A stretch of 64,000 nt of DNA from Lama guanicoe (lineage: Eukaryota). Of the stretch, positions 25,206 to 39,039 are shown in pieces. A program made the translations under genes and the position numbers. The notes under the pieces were generated by a model. The model saw only the letters and a program-made list of their open reading frames with translations. It did not search any database and was not told the DNA's origin. The stretch covers positions 10,313,352 through 10,377,351 of the forward strand of contig MU053934.1 in NCBI GenBank assembly GCA_013239625.1, given 5' to 3'. Each line of letters begins with the position of its first letter. The stretch's first letter is position 1.

Positions 25206-25380
25206 CTATTAACATATATACTGTTCCTACTGTTTGCTGGTCACTATTGTAAGCACTTTACCTAAATAGCTAATTTAATCCTTACAAAAGCCCTATGGGG
25301 AGGCATTATCATCCCTGCTTTACACGTGGGGACCCCGAGGCGCAGGGAGGCTCATGTGTCTTGCCCCATTTTACACAGCA
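25205..25380 (-). mobile_element. MIR SINE
   Basis: taagcactttac...atttaatccttacaaaagccctatggggaggcattatcatccctgctttacac. Confidence 0.75.
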
Positions 25381-28369
25381 CACCAACCAGCATTCTCATT
25401 ATCCAGCAGTTTATGCCAAGGGCAGAAAACATTCTGGAGAAAATCCTTAGCCAGCAGGCAAGGATGTGAACTGGGGTTATTGTAAGTGACTGGTGATTCT
25501 GCAGGGAGCATTTGCCCTTGACCTGCGCCTGGGCTGGGTATCCAGGCATTGCACGGAAGGAGGGAGGGAGGGAGAGGTGGTGAGGATGGCGAAGGCTTTG
25601 AGAGATCTGCTCCAAGCCACATGTGCTCTGAGTCGTTCTAGGGGAAGAGAGAGAGCTTCGGGCTCAGTAGGGAGGGAAGCTCTATCCCCACAGATGTGGG
25701 GTGAATGATGTGGGGATACAGTGAGCTTCCCCTTCAGCAGGGTGCAAAGCCGTCTATGAACATGGTCTGAGGGCTTGGGCCTGGTGACTTTCGCAGCCCC
25801 TTTCAGCTCTGGGACCCTATTGTCCCCATTTCACAGATGGGGAAACTGAGCCTCCATGGGGTGACTCGTCCACGGATGCCATACCCAAGGCTCCTTCCTT
25901 TTAGCCACTGCTCGGAGTTGGCAGATGGGAACACTTTCTCCTCACCTCCTCATGTTTCCATGTGGAGGGACATCCCTTTGTGTAACACTCTTGGACCCAG
26001 GTGTGGAAGGGAGGGGTTCTGCTAAACCAACCCTCTGGGTCCTAGTGTCCTGCTCAGCCTGACTTGGCCTCTCCCAGGATCTCAGGGACCGAGTGGCTCA
26101 TCAGGGAGGGCATCCAGGCGGGTCATGAGGAGAGATGCCATGGGGCCTTGGGTAGACCAGTTACCTGCCCTGAGTGTGGGCTCTTCACCTGTAAAGTGGG
26201 GCTGTTGTGAGGATGAGGCATACGTTGTTGGAGCTCACGGGTGTTCCTTGAATGAATAAATGACAGCTTGGAGATGCGTCCGTACTGCAGAGCCCTGGCC
26301 GGGCAATTTCCCCCCAGGGACTTTCTGATCCCCGAGGCCCGCCCCCCAGGGCATCCCAGGCTGAGGGGCTAGAGGGTCCCTCCGCGCTCCCTCCTCAAAG
26401 TGTCTGAGCACCCTGGCTCCTCCCTGGGACCAGGCACCCGTGTGAGGGCCTCTGCTCGCCCCTGCTGTCTCTGTCCATCACTTTCGGCTGTGGTCGTCCG
26501 TGCTTCACATTTCCTGGCTCCTCTGTTCATCTAAACAGCTGGCGCTATTTGTTCTGGGTGATTTCCCTTATTTATTGCCACATTTTCAGGAGGCACATAA
26601 CTCTGTCTTCCAGCCATTTTACTGCAGCCTCTTTAAATTGAAACAATTGATCAGGCCTTTGCTTTTCTCCTTTTGTTCCAGTCCCTCCTCCCCAGCTGCC
26701 CCATCCCACCCCTTCTCTTTCAAGCAGCAATTAAATTTAAATGCATTTTCTCTAAAGAAAAAAATTAATCATAATCTCAGGCCCAGGAGTGCCCTGGAGT
26801 CAAGGGGAAGTCGCTGGACACACAGGGCTGGACAGGAGGGCAGCTGACTCTGCCCTTTTGGGGGATGCGAGGCCCCAGCCCTGCTGGGGCCCAGGGCAGA
26901 TTCTGACCAAGATGGGTGGAGGCCCCGTAGGTCGCAGGGAGTGTGGCCAGCATCTCGCTGGCAGCCCGGCCATGGAACGCAGCCAAATGGGGCCGTGGGA
27001 CAGGCAGGATGTGCAGGGGGTCGCCGGCCTTTGAGATGGGGTTGAGGTCCTTGCCTCAGAAAGTCTCGGGGTCCCAGGCCCAAGTTCCAGGCAGGGCACT
27101 GCCAGAAGGGACACGTGTATCGCCGGCACAAGGACAGTGGAGCAGCGAGCATCTGGTCCCTGCTCTCCCTTCCCTCTTTGTTGTAGCCACAAGGAGGCTG
27201 AGGGCCAAATCTGCAGCTGAGATTCAAGAGCTGCTTGTGACCTGAGTCACATCCTGTCCTGTCCAGAGGGTCAGGCTGCCCGTCACCCCCGTCACCCTGG
27301 GTTCCCCCCCACGCCCCCCACAGGCGTGGTCATTGCTTATTCTGAGTCCGTAAACGCCTCTTGTCATCTGCCCGGAGCCCCAGGGGGCCAGTGACTCCCC
27401 ACTGTTGGCGTCTGGAGCAAGGAAGCAGCCAGCAGGGCCCCGGGGAGTCCAAGTCCTGCCTGGAGACCCCACAGAGTTGGTGATGCGATAGACCACTCAG
27501 TCCTGCTGTCTCGTGTGGCCAAGGAAGCAGAGCCTGCAAGGGGAGATGCTGGCTCCACAAAGCAAGGACAGGAGGGTGAACAGGCCCCAGGCCCCAGGCC
27601 CGGCGTCCCAGCGGGTGGGGATCCCCCGAGGTTCTGCCAGCAGCGTGAGCGCCAGGAGGCGCCCTTCCTCTGTCCACCCCTGGCTGTGGGGCAGGCACGG
27701 GCTCCCAGGCTCTTCCTAAGGAGCCCTCCCCGGCCCTCCCGAGGGTAACCCTGCCTCCTGTTGACAGGAATCTGCATCAGTGGCAGAGCCCTGGGGCGTC
27801 CACTCTGCCCTTTGCAGAGTGGAGGATGGGAGGAAGTTCTTAGGGTGGACTTGTGAGTAGAGCCCACCTGTGCGCCTGCCGCACAGGGAGAGGGCCTCCC
27901 TCCACCCCTCTCCCCGCCCCCCACTGCATCCCAGCCCCCACCCCTTCATTTGCCGGAGATGGATGTCCTGGGGGCTACCTGGCCCAGGAGCTGCCCCGTG
28001 CTGGTCACTGGTCGGCAGGAGGAGGGAAACTGTGGCAAAGGGCAGGTTCTGGGGGTGTTGGAGGTGGGGCACAGGGCACAGGAGTCAGCTAACCAGCCCC
28101 ATTTTAGAGGTGAGGCTACTGAGGCTCCGAGAGTCTCCGTGACACACTCGAGGGTGGGTACGGGGCCCAAAGTGCCCAAACCAGCTCCTCTGATGTGAGG
28201 TGTGGGCTCCTTTTGCCCCAGCCGTCCGGGCCTGGTGACCACAAGCACACCCACTGTAGCTGCCCACAGGCTCCCCAGAGTGGCCCTTGACAAACACTGG
28301 AAGCAGCACAGGTGAGACGCCTGCCTCCGCCGCGTGGAGGACTGTCTTCTCTGAAGGGCCCCTCCCGAG

Positions 28370-31300
28370 CAGGTGCCTGCGGGCCATGTCCTCTCCTTGA
28401 CAAGGGTGTCCCACTGTGTGGATGGATAACAGACGTTCACCCGTTCCCCTGTCGACGGGCACCTGGACTGTCTCCAGTTTCTAGCCATTATCATGGTTCC
28501 TTTTTTGGTGGCCATGTGCGTCCTCTCAGGTGTCTCCTAGGAGTTGAATTGAGGGGCTGCGTGGTAAACATGTGCTTAGTTTTAGTGCACACCACCAAAC
28601 AGCTTCCCAGAGCAGTTTACCCGCTTTACATTCTCATGAGCAGTGTGAGAGCCCCAGTGGTCCTGCGTCCTCGCCAGCACTGGTCAGTCTCGCCTTCCCA
28701 GCCCTTCCGGTGAGTCAGTGATGGCATCCCAGTGCGGATTTCAGGCGATTAGTTTGAGCTCTTTGCCTGTACTTACGGGCCACAAGCACGTCTCTTTGTG
28801 AATAGCCCATTCATGCCTTTTGTCCATTTTTAATTGGGTTGGCTTTTTTTGTTATTGATTTATGGCAGCTCTTTATATATGACATTCAGGAGTTCTTTGT
28901 CAGAAATGTGTATCATGTATATTTCTCCTGATCCATGGATTGCTTTTCACTTAATAGTGTCTTTGGTGAGCAGAAGTTTTAAGTTTTGATGAAATTAAAT
29001 TTATAGTTTTTCCTTTATAATTACTTCTTTGTGTCCTCTCTAAACAATATTTGCCTACTCCAGAACAGTGAGGAGAGTTTTCTCTTCTAGGTGATTCATC
29101 ATTCTACTTTTTGGTCAATGATGTGCCTTGAATTAATGTGTGTGAATGGTGTGAGAGAGGGAGCAAATTTTATTTTTTCTGTACTGTCAGCCAGTATTTC
29201 CACTACTGCTTGTTGGAGAGACTCTCCTTTGTCTGATGACTTGCCCTGGTGCCTCAGTTGACTGTATGGATGTGGACCTATTTCTGGACTCTGTTCTACT
29301 CCATTGATCTGTTTGTCTTTGAGTTAACATCATGTAAACTTAATTATTGTAGCTTTATGGTAAATCTTGATATCAGAGAGTGTTCTCCAACTTTATTGTT
29401 TTTTCACAAAGATTTTCTTGGAAATTCTAAGCTCTTTACATTATCAGATTAATTTTAAAATTAGCTCTTCACTGTCAATACAAAGCCTGCTGGGGTTTTA
29501 CTGGGGTTGGATGGACACTATGGACCAGTTTAGGGAGAACTGACATCCTGGCAACATTGAATTTTCTCATCTATGAAAATGCTGTGCTGATTCAGGTTTC
29601 TGAAAGCATTAATCCCCTCAACATTTTTTATAGTTCACAGTGTGGAGATCTTATGTATCTTTTACTGGATGGATTCTTAGGCATCTGGTATATTTTGATC
29701 CCATTATAAATAGAACTGAAAATGTTCATTTTCCAATTGTTCATTACTAATGCATAGAAATAAAATTAATTTTGGTATATCGACTTTACCTTTTATAAAT
29801 TTGTTCAATTTGCTTGTTAATTTTAGTAGTTTTGTCACAGCTTCCTTAAGACCTCAACATACACAGTCATGTCTGCCCATGCAGACAGTTTTACGTCTTC
29901 CTGCTCATCTTTTTGTCTTTTGTTTCTTTTTCTTATTTTCCTGCACCAGCTGGGACCCCTCAGTGATGTCAAGCAGAAGTAACAAAGGAGGACACCTTGC
30001 CTGGTTCCTAATCTTAAAGTAAAGTGCTCAGTGTTTCATCGTTAAGTGTAATGTTAGCTGTAGGACTTTAAAACAGATACTCTTTGTTAGATTGAAGAAG
30101 TTTCTTCTGCTCCATTTTGCTGAGAGATTTCTTTTGTGTTGAATCTTATCAAATGCTTTCTCTGCATCTGTTGAGATGATGATGATTTTTTTTCTCCTTT
30201 ATTCTTTTGATTTGGTAAATTACAGTGAGTTTTAAATGTTAAACCAACCTTGCACCTTGGATAAATCCCATTTGTTTATAACACACACACACAGAAACAC
30301 ACACATATACACAGAGGTTTTGGCTCGCTAATACTTTGTTCAAACTTTTTACATGATTTTAAGAGAGATTGTTCTGTAATTTTACTTTATTCTAATTTTG
30401 TACCATCTGACAATCCTGCTTGCTAATTGGAACACTTACTCCATCTACATTTAATTAAATTACTGATGAAGCTGAGTTTACATCTACTTTCTTGCTATTT
30501 GCTTTCTATTTGTGCCATCTGTTCTCTGAGTCTTTACTGCTTTCTCTCGGATTAACTGAGAATTTTAAAATATTCTATTGTATGTCCTCTCTTGGCCTTT
30601 TGGTATCTCTTTTCTTTAAAGTGCTCTGAGTATTACAACGTACGTCCTTAAATGATTGCAATCTACACTGCATTAACAGTATTCCACTTCCAGCACAGCA
30701 CAAGGACATTACAGCAGTGTAATTCCCTTTCACTCCTCTTACCCTGCGCTATTACCGTCATGTACTTCATTTCTACGTGTTCTATATCCCATGGAGTGAT
30801 AAGATCTTTGCTTTAATCAGTCGATAATCTCTGTTCATTCATTCTGATCGTATTTTCCTCTAAATTATTAACAAACTTATAATAAAAGTTTAAGGTTGTT
30901 GTGTGCTAATTTCAGCCTCTCAGTCATCTGTGCATTTACCTCTGTTAACTGTTATTTCTCTTGATTATTGGTCACATTTTCAACCAAGAGTCCAGCCGAG
31001 CTGGGGCTGACCTTACCTCTCGTAAGTTTGGTTCATCTCTGGTTTCAGATGTGCTGAGGGTGGGGTCAGGCCCTTTTCTTCTGCAAGTACCAAGAGACCG
31101 TGTGGCATTCTCTTTGCTGTCAACCTCAAGCTCCAATTCCTCTTGCAGTCTCCCTGAAGGGATGACTTCTGTGGTCTTACCAGGAGTTGAGCTCATTGGG
31201 AATTCAGTTACTCTTTGATTAATTCTAGTTTACGCACGGGTTCAACTCCTTTGAGAATAAATTCAAACACCATCTCATCCCCAGCAGGGCCCTGAAATCC

Positions 31301-31600
31301 AAACATCATGAAACTTCAAGATCTCTCTCTCTGCTTTCCAGCCTCACCCCCGTCTGTCTCTAATGTGGCATTGTCAGGTGATAGAGATTACTTCTACCTT
31401 TGGGGCAATTTCAAATCCCAGCTTACTGTCACATAAGCTCACAGTGCTTAAAAAGTCTGGCTGGCTTTTCCATGGGCCTGGAGTCTCCTGGCCTATGGCA
31501 GGTGGAGGAGTGAGAGCTCAGACTTGGCAGCCTTCACTTATGAAGGTCTTGTCTTTCTTTGGAACTCGGTTCATGTAGAGTTTTTTGCATTTATAGCTCT
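28370..31600 (-). mobile_element. Old fragmented L1 (L1M/L1ME-type), about 3 kb
   Basis: Continuous antisense L1 motifs (gggcacctggactgtctccagttt; gagcagaagttttaagttttgatgaa; tttagggagaactgacatc; caaatgctttctctgcatctgttgagatgat). The left end is GC-shifted, the middle AT-rich. Confidence 0.8.
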
Positions 31601-31611
31601 TTGAAGGCTTT

Positions 31612-31730
31612 GAAGGGGGAGACACCTGGGGGTAGGTTACCTGGGGGAAGGTTACTTGGGGGAGGTGACCTGGGGGGAGCCTAGGAGGTCCCTCTGGAAG
31701 ATGACTCTAGTGCCAAGGTGACCTGGGAGG
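31612..31730. repeat. G-rich minisatellite, unit of about 15 bp (aggttacctggggg[at])
   Basis: acctgggggtaggttacctgggggaaggttacttgggggaggtgacctgggggg seen directly. Confidence 0.8.
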
Positions 31731-32094
31731 GGTCCAAACTCTCCATTTTAGATAAGGAGACTGAGACTCGAGAGCAGAAGGGAAAATCAGGGCCTACCTC
31801 TCGCTGGAGGCTGGGGCAGATCTGGGACAATGGTCTCTTGGCCCCAAGGCTGGGAGGCCCAGGAGAATTGTGACCAGGTCTTAGGACTTGGGGTTCCACC
31901 TGACGCCGGCACCCAGCTGAACTTCGGTTCGTGCAGCCTGAGAGCAGACACGGGGGCCGGAACAGACTCTCGGGCTTCCAGCAGACTCCCGGGGGAGGAG
32001 CTGTTGGAGCGGGGCATCGAGGGATGCGCAGGAAGCTGAGGGGAGGCAGGCGCCACTGGCTGAGTGGTGCCCATGTGCTGGCATCATCTCACCC

Positions 32095-32200
32095 AGAGGC
32101 AGCACAGCACTGTGGTTAACTGCACTGTCCTTGGGGCCAGGCAGCTTGAGTTCAAGTCCTGACTCTGCCACTTTCCAGCTGGGGCCCTGGAGAGGTCACC
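32095..32200 (+). mobile_element. MIR SINE 5' half
   Basis: gaggcagcacagcactgtggttaac...gagttcaagtcctgactctgccactt. Confidence 0.75.
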
Positions 32201-35200
32201 AGCCAGCTCTTTGCCTGTGGCCACTTCCATGTCCACCCCCTGGCCCCAGCTGAATACCCTCAGGATGTGTGCCCTCAGACTACCTCAGGATTTCCGAGAC
32301 TGACTTTCTCACGGGAGGCGTGGAGACCCTACCCCAGCCCTGGGGGACCTTCTGTTCCCAGACCCAGCTCCTTGCCTTGCCTGAGCCTGGAGCTCAGAGC
32401 TCGGCATGTTACATCCTTGAGGCAACACTTCAGCCAGAGACCCCCGTTCTGGGGCTGGAGACGGGTCTTGGGGGCCACACCCGTCTTCCACGGAACCACA
32501 GTGACAGCATTGTCCCAACGTGCCGAGTCCTCAGCCCCTTGGGAGCCCCCAAAGCAGGGGCTTCGTCTCAGGATGCTGCCCTTGGGGAAATTCTGTAACT
32601 GCCCCCTGCCCCCTAGCCGTCCCTCACAAGAGGAGGCGGACTTCGACCCCAGGCCGCCCTGGCACCAGAGCTGGGCTGATTTCCAGCAGGCAGTAGTCAG
32701 CGGGACTGTGTCGAGTCTGATGAGAGAGTGGTGCGTTCTGCCAGGGGCTCTCAGGCGTGCAGCAGGGCTGCCTTGTCAAGGAGAGAGTCTCCAGAAACAC
32801 AACTCCTCAGTTGCTTCTTGCTGCTCTGGAATGACCCCCCCAGGCTGCATCCTGAGACCAGTGGGTCCCAACGGATCCGGCCGCTGCCACATTTCCAGCA
32901 GGAGCTTCGGGCTGACCCAGCTCTGGGCAGATTCCATTCCTCAGAGGTTGCCCAACGGTGTTTAGGCTCCAGGAATGAACAACTGTGACACGGACCAAGC
33001 AGAGTTTCTGCAAACCCCACACAAGCACTTGTTCTGGAAGGTCTGAGGGACACAGAAGGGGGTGAGAAGGGCCCCCAAATGCCAGAGAACTGAGGACATT
33101 TCCCAGTGGAAGGGAAGATACGTGGTGCGGAGTGTGGGACATTCAGCTCTGCTATTATTTTTTTATCAGCATTATCTTGGGCGAGTCATGTAATCCCCAA
33201 GCAGTCAGTTCCTCTCCCGTCAAAGGGAAATAATACCTTTTGTTCTGGCCTGAATTAGAAGTCAGGTCTCTAAAGCAGCCCGCGCAGACTCTGGCCCTCG
33301 TGTGGTTTTGTCTGTAAGAATAATGACACCTACAGTTTTACTCTATGACTTTATTCAGTGCTCACAGCTCCTTGTGAGGAGAGCATGGCTGAGTCCTGAT
33401 CGTGTCCGCTTTACAGAAGAGAACACCGAGGCACAGAGGAGACCGTGTACAAGGCAGGCAGCCGACGGGTGGCAGGAGCTCCGTGGAAACTTGCTGCCTC
33501 TTCCCCAGGGAACCCCGCGTGTCTGTGTCCCGGGACAGCCCCATCCTACAGCCCTGAGTTCTTGGGGGCACCACTAGAAAGAAAGCCTGTGCCGGGACCC
33601 AGGCAGGAGCATTGTTGTAGACAGGAAGTCCCAAGGAGATTCAGAAAGCATTTCATCTCTGCAGCCAAGGTCAGTCCCGGTTCTGTCTGGACTCGTTGAT
33701 CCGTTTGGGGGTGGATGTAGGCACCAGCATAGCTGTCATGACCGCCGTGGCAGGGCTGCCAGAAGAAACAGCTTCTCCTGAGCCATCAGACAGAGATGTG
33801 GGGCTGACTCCTGCGTAAGAAGGAAGCTTTGGGGCTGATCAACCTTCTGTCAGTTGCTGTCATGATGCGACGGGGGCTCAGACAGCTGATGGGAGGCAAG
33901 AACCTGGCCATGGAGGAGATTCTGGAGAAGCAGGACCCGAGACAGGGGCACTTCCTCTCCACTCTGCACCAGCCCCCGGGTCTGATTTATTTCTGCAGAA
34001 GCTCGCTGGGGGGTGAGGGGTACCAAAGCAAGCAGTGAGAATGCCAGGACTGGGGGCCATCCAGGGCTTGCAAGTAGCCTGCGTTCTGAATAGGCCTTTT
34101 GTTCAGCGTGGCCATAAAGAAGGAGAGGACTTGGCAGCAGATGCCCAGAAAGGGCTATGACTAAGTGTCCATTCTAAGTGGAGCATTTTAATCAAAAATC
34201 CATGTAATTTATTTGAATGAAAATGTGTGTTCTTTCAGAACCCAGCTCTCTCCCCAGTCTTTCCATATTAATAGATCATTAATGCTCCATGAATGGGTAA
34301 TTGTCTTCTCGGAAAACAAATGCAGCAGCATAAAAGGGAAATCATGGTTGTTTAAACTTCAGAAAAAGTAATCGTCGGGGAAGGGAGAGCTGTGTTCACA
34401 AAAACAGCCAGCTTCAGTCTCCAGTTTTGGGAGAGGGGAGGCTGGCAGAGCTGCACTGAGAGACTCACGGTGGGTGCAGCCACTGTCTGAGCCCCTGAGA
34501 CCCCCCTGCATGTCCTGACCTGCAAAGGGCGCTCTAGGACCCCTGTGGCTCGAGGCCACTCACAAGGGCTGGATTTGGTGTCCAGTCAGCCACGCTGCGC
34601 AGGGCCTGCCAGGGCAGGTACAGGTGAGCAGGCTCACCAGGAAAGAGCCTGGGATGGGTCCCAGCATCAGGTATCTGGGGGATGCTGGGCCAGCCCTGCA
34701 CTCTCTTGGATTCCCAAGTTGCAGCTGCAACAATCCCCTGCAGTATGCATTCTGTTGGTCCAAGTGGCCCTCTTGGTTTTTGGACCTTACGGTGGGAGAG
34801 GACCCCTGCCTTGGGTCCTGATGCCTCTTACCAGAGACCTCCTGGATCCACCTCTTGGGAAACATTCTCTGTAATGTTGGATGAGACTTCCCACTGTGGG
34901 GCCTCAGTTTCATCTCTAAACTAAGGGGATTGGACTGGATGATACTTTTGTTCATTCATTCATTTATTCATTCACTGACTCCACAATTAAATGAAGCTCC
35001 AAGCTAAGCAGGGGGCTGACATCTCTGCAGTCCTGACTTGTATGAGTGAGCAGATAGTGTCTGAGGTGGGAAGGGACTAATTCCAGACTCCCCTGCCATG
35101 TTTCTCGTTAGCCTAGGATTGGTCAACCTCATGATTCACTTGGAACACAGATGTGTCTGCCATCCATCCAGGCTTCTGACGGCTATTTGGCGCAGCAGGG

Positions 35201-36504
35201 TGTCTGCAGCTCTGCCAGGACGTGGTGTGCAGCCCAGAGCTGTGCATCTGGACTGGGAGGTGGTTCCCTGAGCGTTCCTTTCCACTGGCCCACAGTTCTA
35301 ACTGAGCCACTGGCCACGCAGTGCCTGGAACGCCTGGCAGTTCAGTAGGATAACATCTTGCACGCTGTGCCAGTCTCCTTCCCCAGCATTTACGGGGCAC
35401 CTGCGGGCACCAGGTGCAGGGATGGGGCTCCAAGATGGGTAAGAACGTAAGCTCCAGTTCCCAAAGCCAGGGGCCCGTCGGCTTTGCTAGTGCTGCGTTT
35501 TCAGCACCCAGGACAGCGCCCAGTGCCCAGTGGGTGCGCTGTAAACATCATGCGCGAATCAAAGGAAGAATGAGTAAGACCCTGGCCCGGCCCTCTGGGC
35601 CTTCCGGCTGGAGGCAGAGCAGAGCAGCTGGGGACCAGGGCACGCGTGATGCACAGGCTGATGTCAAACCCGGCTCTCGGCCCTCCCTCCGCTCCTCCTG
35701 TTTCCTTTCCTCTGCTTTCCACTCTGATCTCCTGGTTGCTCCCTCTGTGAGGCCCCCACAGATCTGGCATCCAACTGTGCCCCATGCAACCCCCTGCATG
35801 GTCACTCTTCCTGTGTGATTGTCCCCCGGAGTGGGACTCCTTAAGGGCGGGTTCCGTCTTTAATTGGTCTCCTTGTCCCCAGCACATAGCACCAAGTCAG
35901 AATGAGTGCTCTAGCAAAGATATGTCTAGGGGAGGAGGTGGCCGGGGGGCCCTCCCGGAGGAGCGGGGGTGCAGGTGGCATTTCACATACCACTGGCTGG
36001 GGCCGAGGGCAGCATTGCTGGCTGTGCGAGCCGTTCTGAGGGTTGAACACAGAGTGATTCTGAGCAAGCTGCCGTCACCCAGCATGCTGGGATTTATTGG
36101 GGGTGAATATTTATGTGGTCTGGATGCACAGATTAATTAGGTTCTGGTCCTGGCTGCCAAGGCATCAATTACCCATCGTCCTCGTCTTGTCTGCAATAGC
36201 GTCTTCTCTCAAAACACATCACCTGAACCAATGTCTGCAGGGAGGCCGGCAGAGGTGGAGCCGGGCCAGCCAGGGCCTCAGCATCCTGCTTCCCACTGGT
36301 CCCCTGATCAGCCCTCTGAGGACAGTGATGGCAGCCTTTATGGGAGAGAGACAGAGGTACAGGGAGACCCGTCACCGGCGGGAAGGAAGGGAGCCTGAGT
36401 GACCACCAGGTCACCCAGCTGAGGACCAGCCCTCTCCCCCCAGCGGCAGGGCCCACAGGGTGGAGCTGGAGGCTAACCCTGGCTCTGCCACCCACCAGGG
36501 GTGA

Positions 36505-36640
36505 CCAGGACAATTACTTGTCTGCTGTGACTCAGTTTTCTCATCTATAAAGTGGGGAGTAGTGCTTACTTCATAGGGCTGTTGCCAGGATTACAGTTTG
36601 GTTATACAGGAGGACTGCTTACACGAAGCCTTGTGACTTT
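36505..36640 (+). mobile_element. MIR SINE core
   Basis: ctcagttttctcatctataaagtgggga...acttcatagggctgttg. Confidence 0.7.
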
Positions 36641-37624
36641 AAGGCAGTGAGGGCTCCGTGGCGGTCACCCTGTATTGGTGGTCCTCCACAGGTGCAGAGG
36701 GGAGGAGCAACTCCTGCTGAGCAGTGACTCCGCCCGTGGCACTAGGGGGCTGACTACATCAGTCTTTATTAGCCTCCCAGCCTTCCTGGGAAGTGTTATG
36801 AGCTCCATTGTGCAGATGAGGAAACTGGGGCTCAGCTCTAGCTGGGCAGCAGAAAGACAGGGTTAAGGCCATGGTGAACACTGTCAGGCTGCCTCTCCAC
36901 AGAGATCCTGCTGATGCTCTGGGCTGCAGGGGCGCCTGACTGTGGAACCAGACAGAGCACAGCCCCTTCAGAGCTGCGTCCTGGGGGGAGGTCAGTTTCC
37001 AGGGGCTGATATCTGAGAGGAGTCCTGAAGGAGGCTGTGACGGGGCACTCTAGGCCTGCCCCCTCACACCCATGTCCTGGGACCCCCCAGCATCTGGAAG
37101 CTCCCAGGGGCAGGGCCCTCTGCCTCCCATGGGCCCGTCAAGCCCTCTGAGCAAGAATGTGGATCATTAGCTTTTCTGAGCTCAGAGTGACTCTTCAGAG
37201 CTACCTTCTGAGGTGAGGAGGAGGATGACGAGATGGCTGGAGAGTGGTTTCTGGGAGGGCTCCTTCGTGCAGCACATCCGGGAATGGCTGGGTGGTCTTG
37301 GGGTAGCCCTGGCCCCCGGCAGGTCCATGCGCTGGGCTCACAGCGGTGCAGTCCAAGCCCGGCCGGCCACTTAGGTGCTCTGTGATCCTGCAGACGGCGT
37401 GTCTGTATCTGGTCCTGGGGCTCCTTGTGGCAGGGCCTGACAGCAGCACGCGGGCAGTGGCCTCCAGGGCTCTGTGACCTCTGCCAGGTTACTTGGCCTC
37501 TCTGTGCCGCAGTGTCCCCGTCTGTACTGTGGGGGGTCTGCGGGTGTCTCCTTACAAGCTGCTGCAAACATTACACGACATTTGATGCAGAGCCCATGGA
37601 ACAGTGCCCGGTACTCAGGTACCC

Positions 37625-38015
37625 CGGTGCGGGTTCCTGGGGCTGCCTCGCGAAGCACCACAAACAGGGCCTTCAGACAACAGGGATGTAGCCGCTCGCA
37701 GCCCTGGACACCAGAAGTCCTGAGTCCAGGTGTTGACAGGGCCTTGCCTCCTCCGAAGGCTCTGGAAGAAAATGTCTCCTTGCCTCTTCCAGCTTCTGGT
37801 GGCAGCCGGCAGTCCCTGGCAGGTAGCGCATCACGCCACCACCACCCCTTCCCCGTCTGTGCCCACACGGCCTGCTTGGAGGGGCGCGGTCACTGGACTC
37901 AGGGCTCATCGAAACCAGTCTGACCTCATCTCAGCTAAACACCTATTTCCAATATGGTCATGTACTGAGGTTCTGGGTGGGCGTGAATTTGGGGGGCACC
38001 ACTCAGCCCAGTCGA
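37625..38015 (-). mobile_element. MLT1B/C-like ERVL-MaLR LTR (GC-shifted)
   Basis: ctccgaaggctctggaagaaaatgtctccttgcctcttccagcttctggtggc...cctatttccaatatggtca..tactgaggttctggg. Confidence 0.8.
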
Positions 38016-39039
38016 CCCCTTTGGGTATAACTACTCCTGGTGTCCAAGGAGAACCCCCTGGCATCGAGGGGCGCCAGGCAGAGAAGGAGCCTCTCCAGGC
38101 TCTGTGAGCTGCGGGGCTCTTAGCTGAGGCTGGTGGGGAGCGCAGGCCCCGGGTCTGTAGCAGAGACACCCCGCCCCCACAGACCCCCACCGACCCCCAC
38201 CAACCCCCACCCTCCAGGACAGAAGAGGGGCTGGTGGTTTGGGAGCACAGCCAGCGAAGGCTCTCTTTGCCTCTGCACTGGGCAGTAGTGCCCAGAGAGA
38301 CAAGGTTTTTCTGCTGCCCCTCCGCTGTCAGGGTCCTCACTCAGAGACGCACCCTGGGAACACCTGCCACCTGTGTGCTGCGAGCCCTGGGCTCAGCGCA
38401 AGTTCATCTCTGGTGGTTTTGTCTGGCCTGTGGGTTGGGCATTCTCGTCCAGACTGTTTATCCCTTCAGGGTCATTAGGTGAGAAGTTAGGTCATTAGGT
38501 GAGAAGCAGGGCCGATGTGACCAGAGCAGACTCAACCCCTGCCTGGAGGCTCCTCTACCTGACAAGCCGTATATCCTGCCTACCGGGCTGATTCTGAGTG
38601 TCTGGACACTCAGAGAAGGTGGGAGGGTCTTAACCCGAGAACCTGCTAAAATTGGACTGTCCCAAAGTGGGTAGGGGTCTGTCTGTGCTCGTAGACTTTG
38701 CTCTCAGGCTCCCTCCTCCTGAACACCTTCCCATTCTTCCCAGCTGCCTCCCTCCCTCACCTCCAGGATGGGTGCAGGAGGCCTCAGGGAGCCTTCCTGT
38801 TCCCAGGCCGAGCCAGGGCCTCCTCTGGGCTCCCTCACCCATGCCCACACCATGCAGCTGTGCCCATGGGCCCCTCTGTCCACACACGCAGGGGCATACT
38901 GTGTTCGGCTCAGCTTGGGCCCAGGAGTGTGTGCTGTGCTGACTCCAGTGAGGACCACCTGCTTTATGGTGGCTCAAGTTGAACTGGGATGATGGACACA
39001 CGGACAGGTCATGGGCACGCAGCATGGAAAGGCAGGGCC

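Noticed and set aside
25025..25252. Asp/Gly-rich ORF
   Set aside because: Translation of a (GAT/GGT)n simple repeat.
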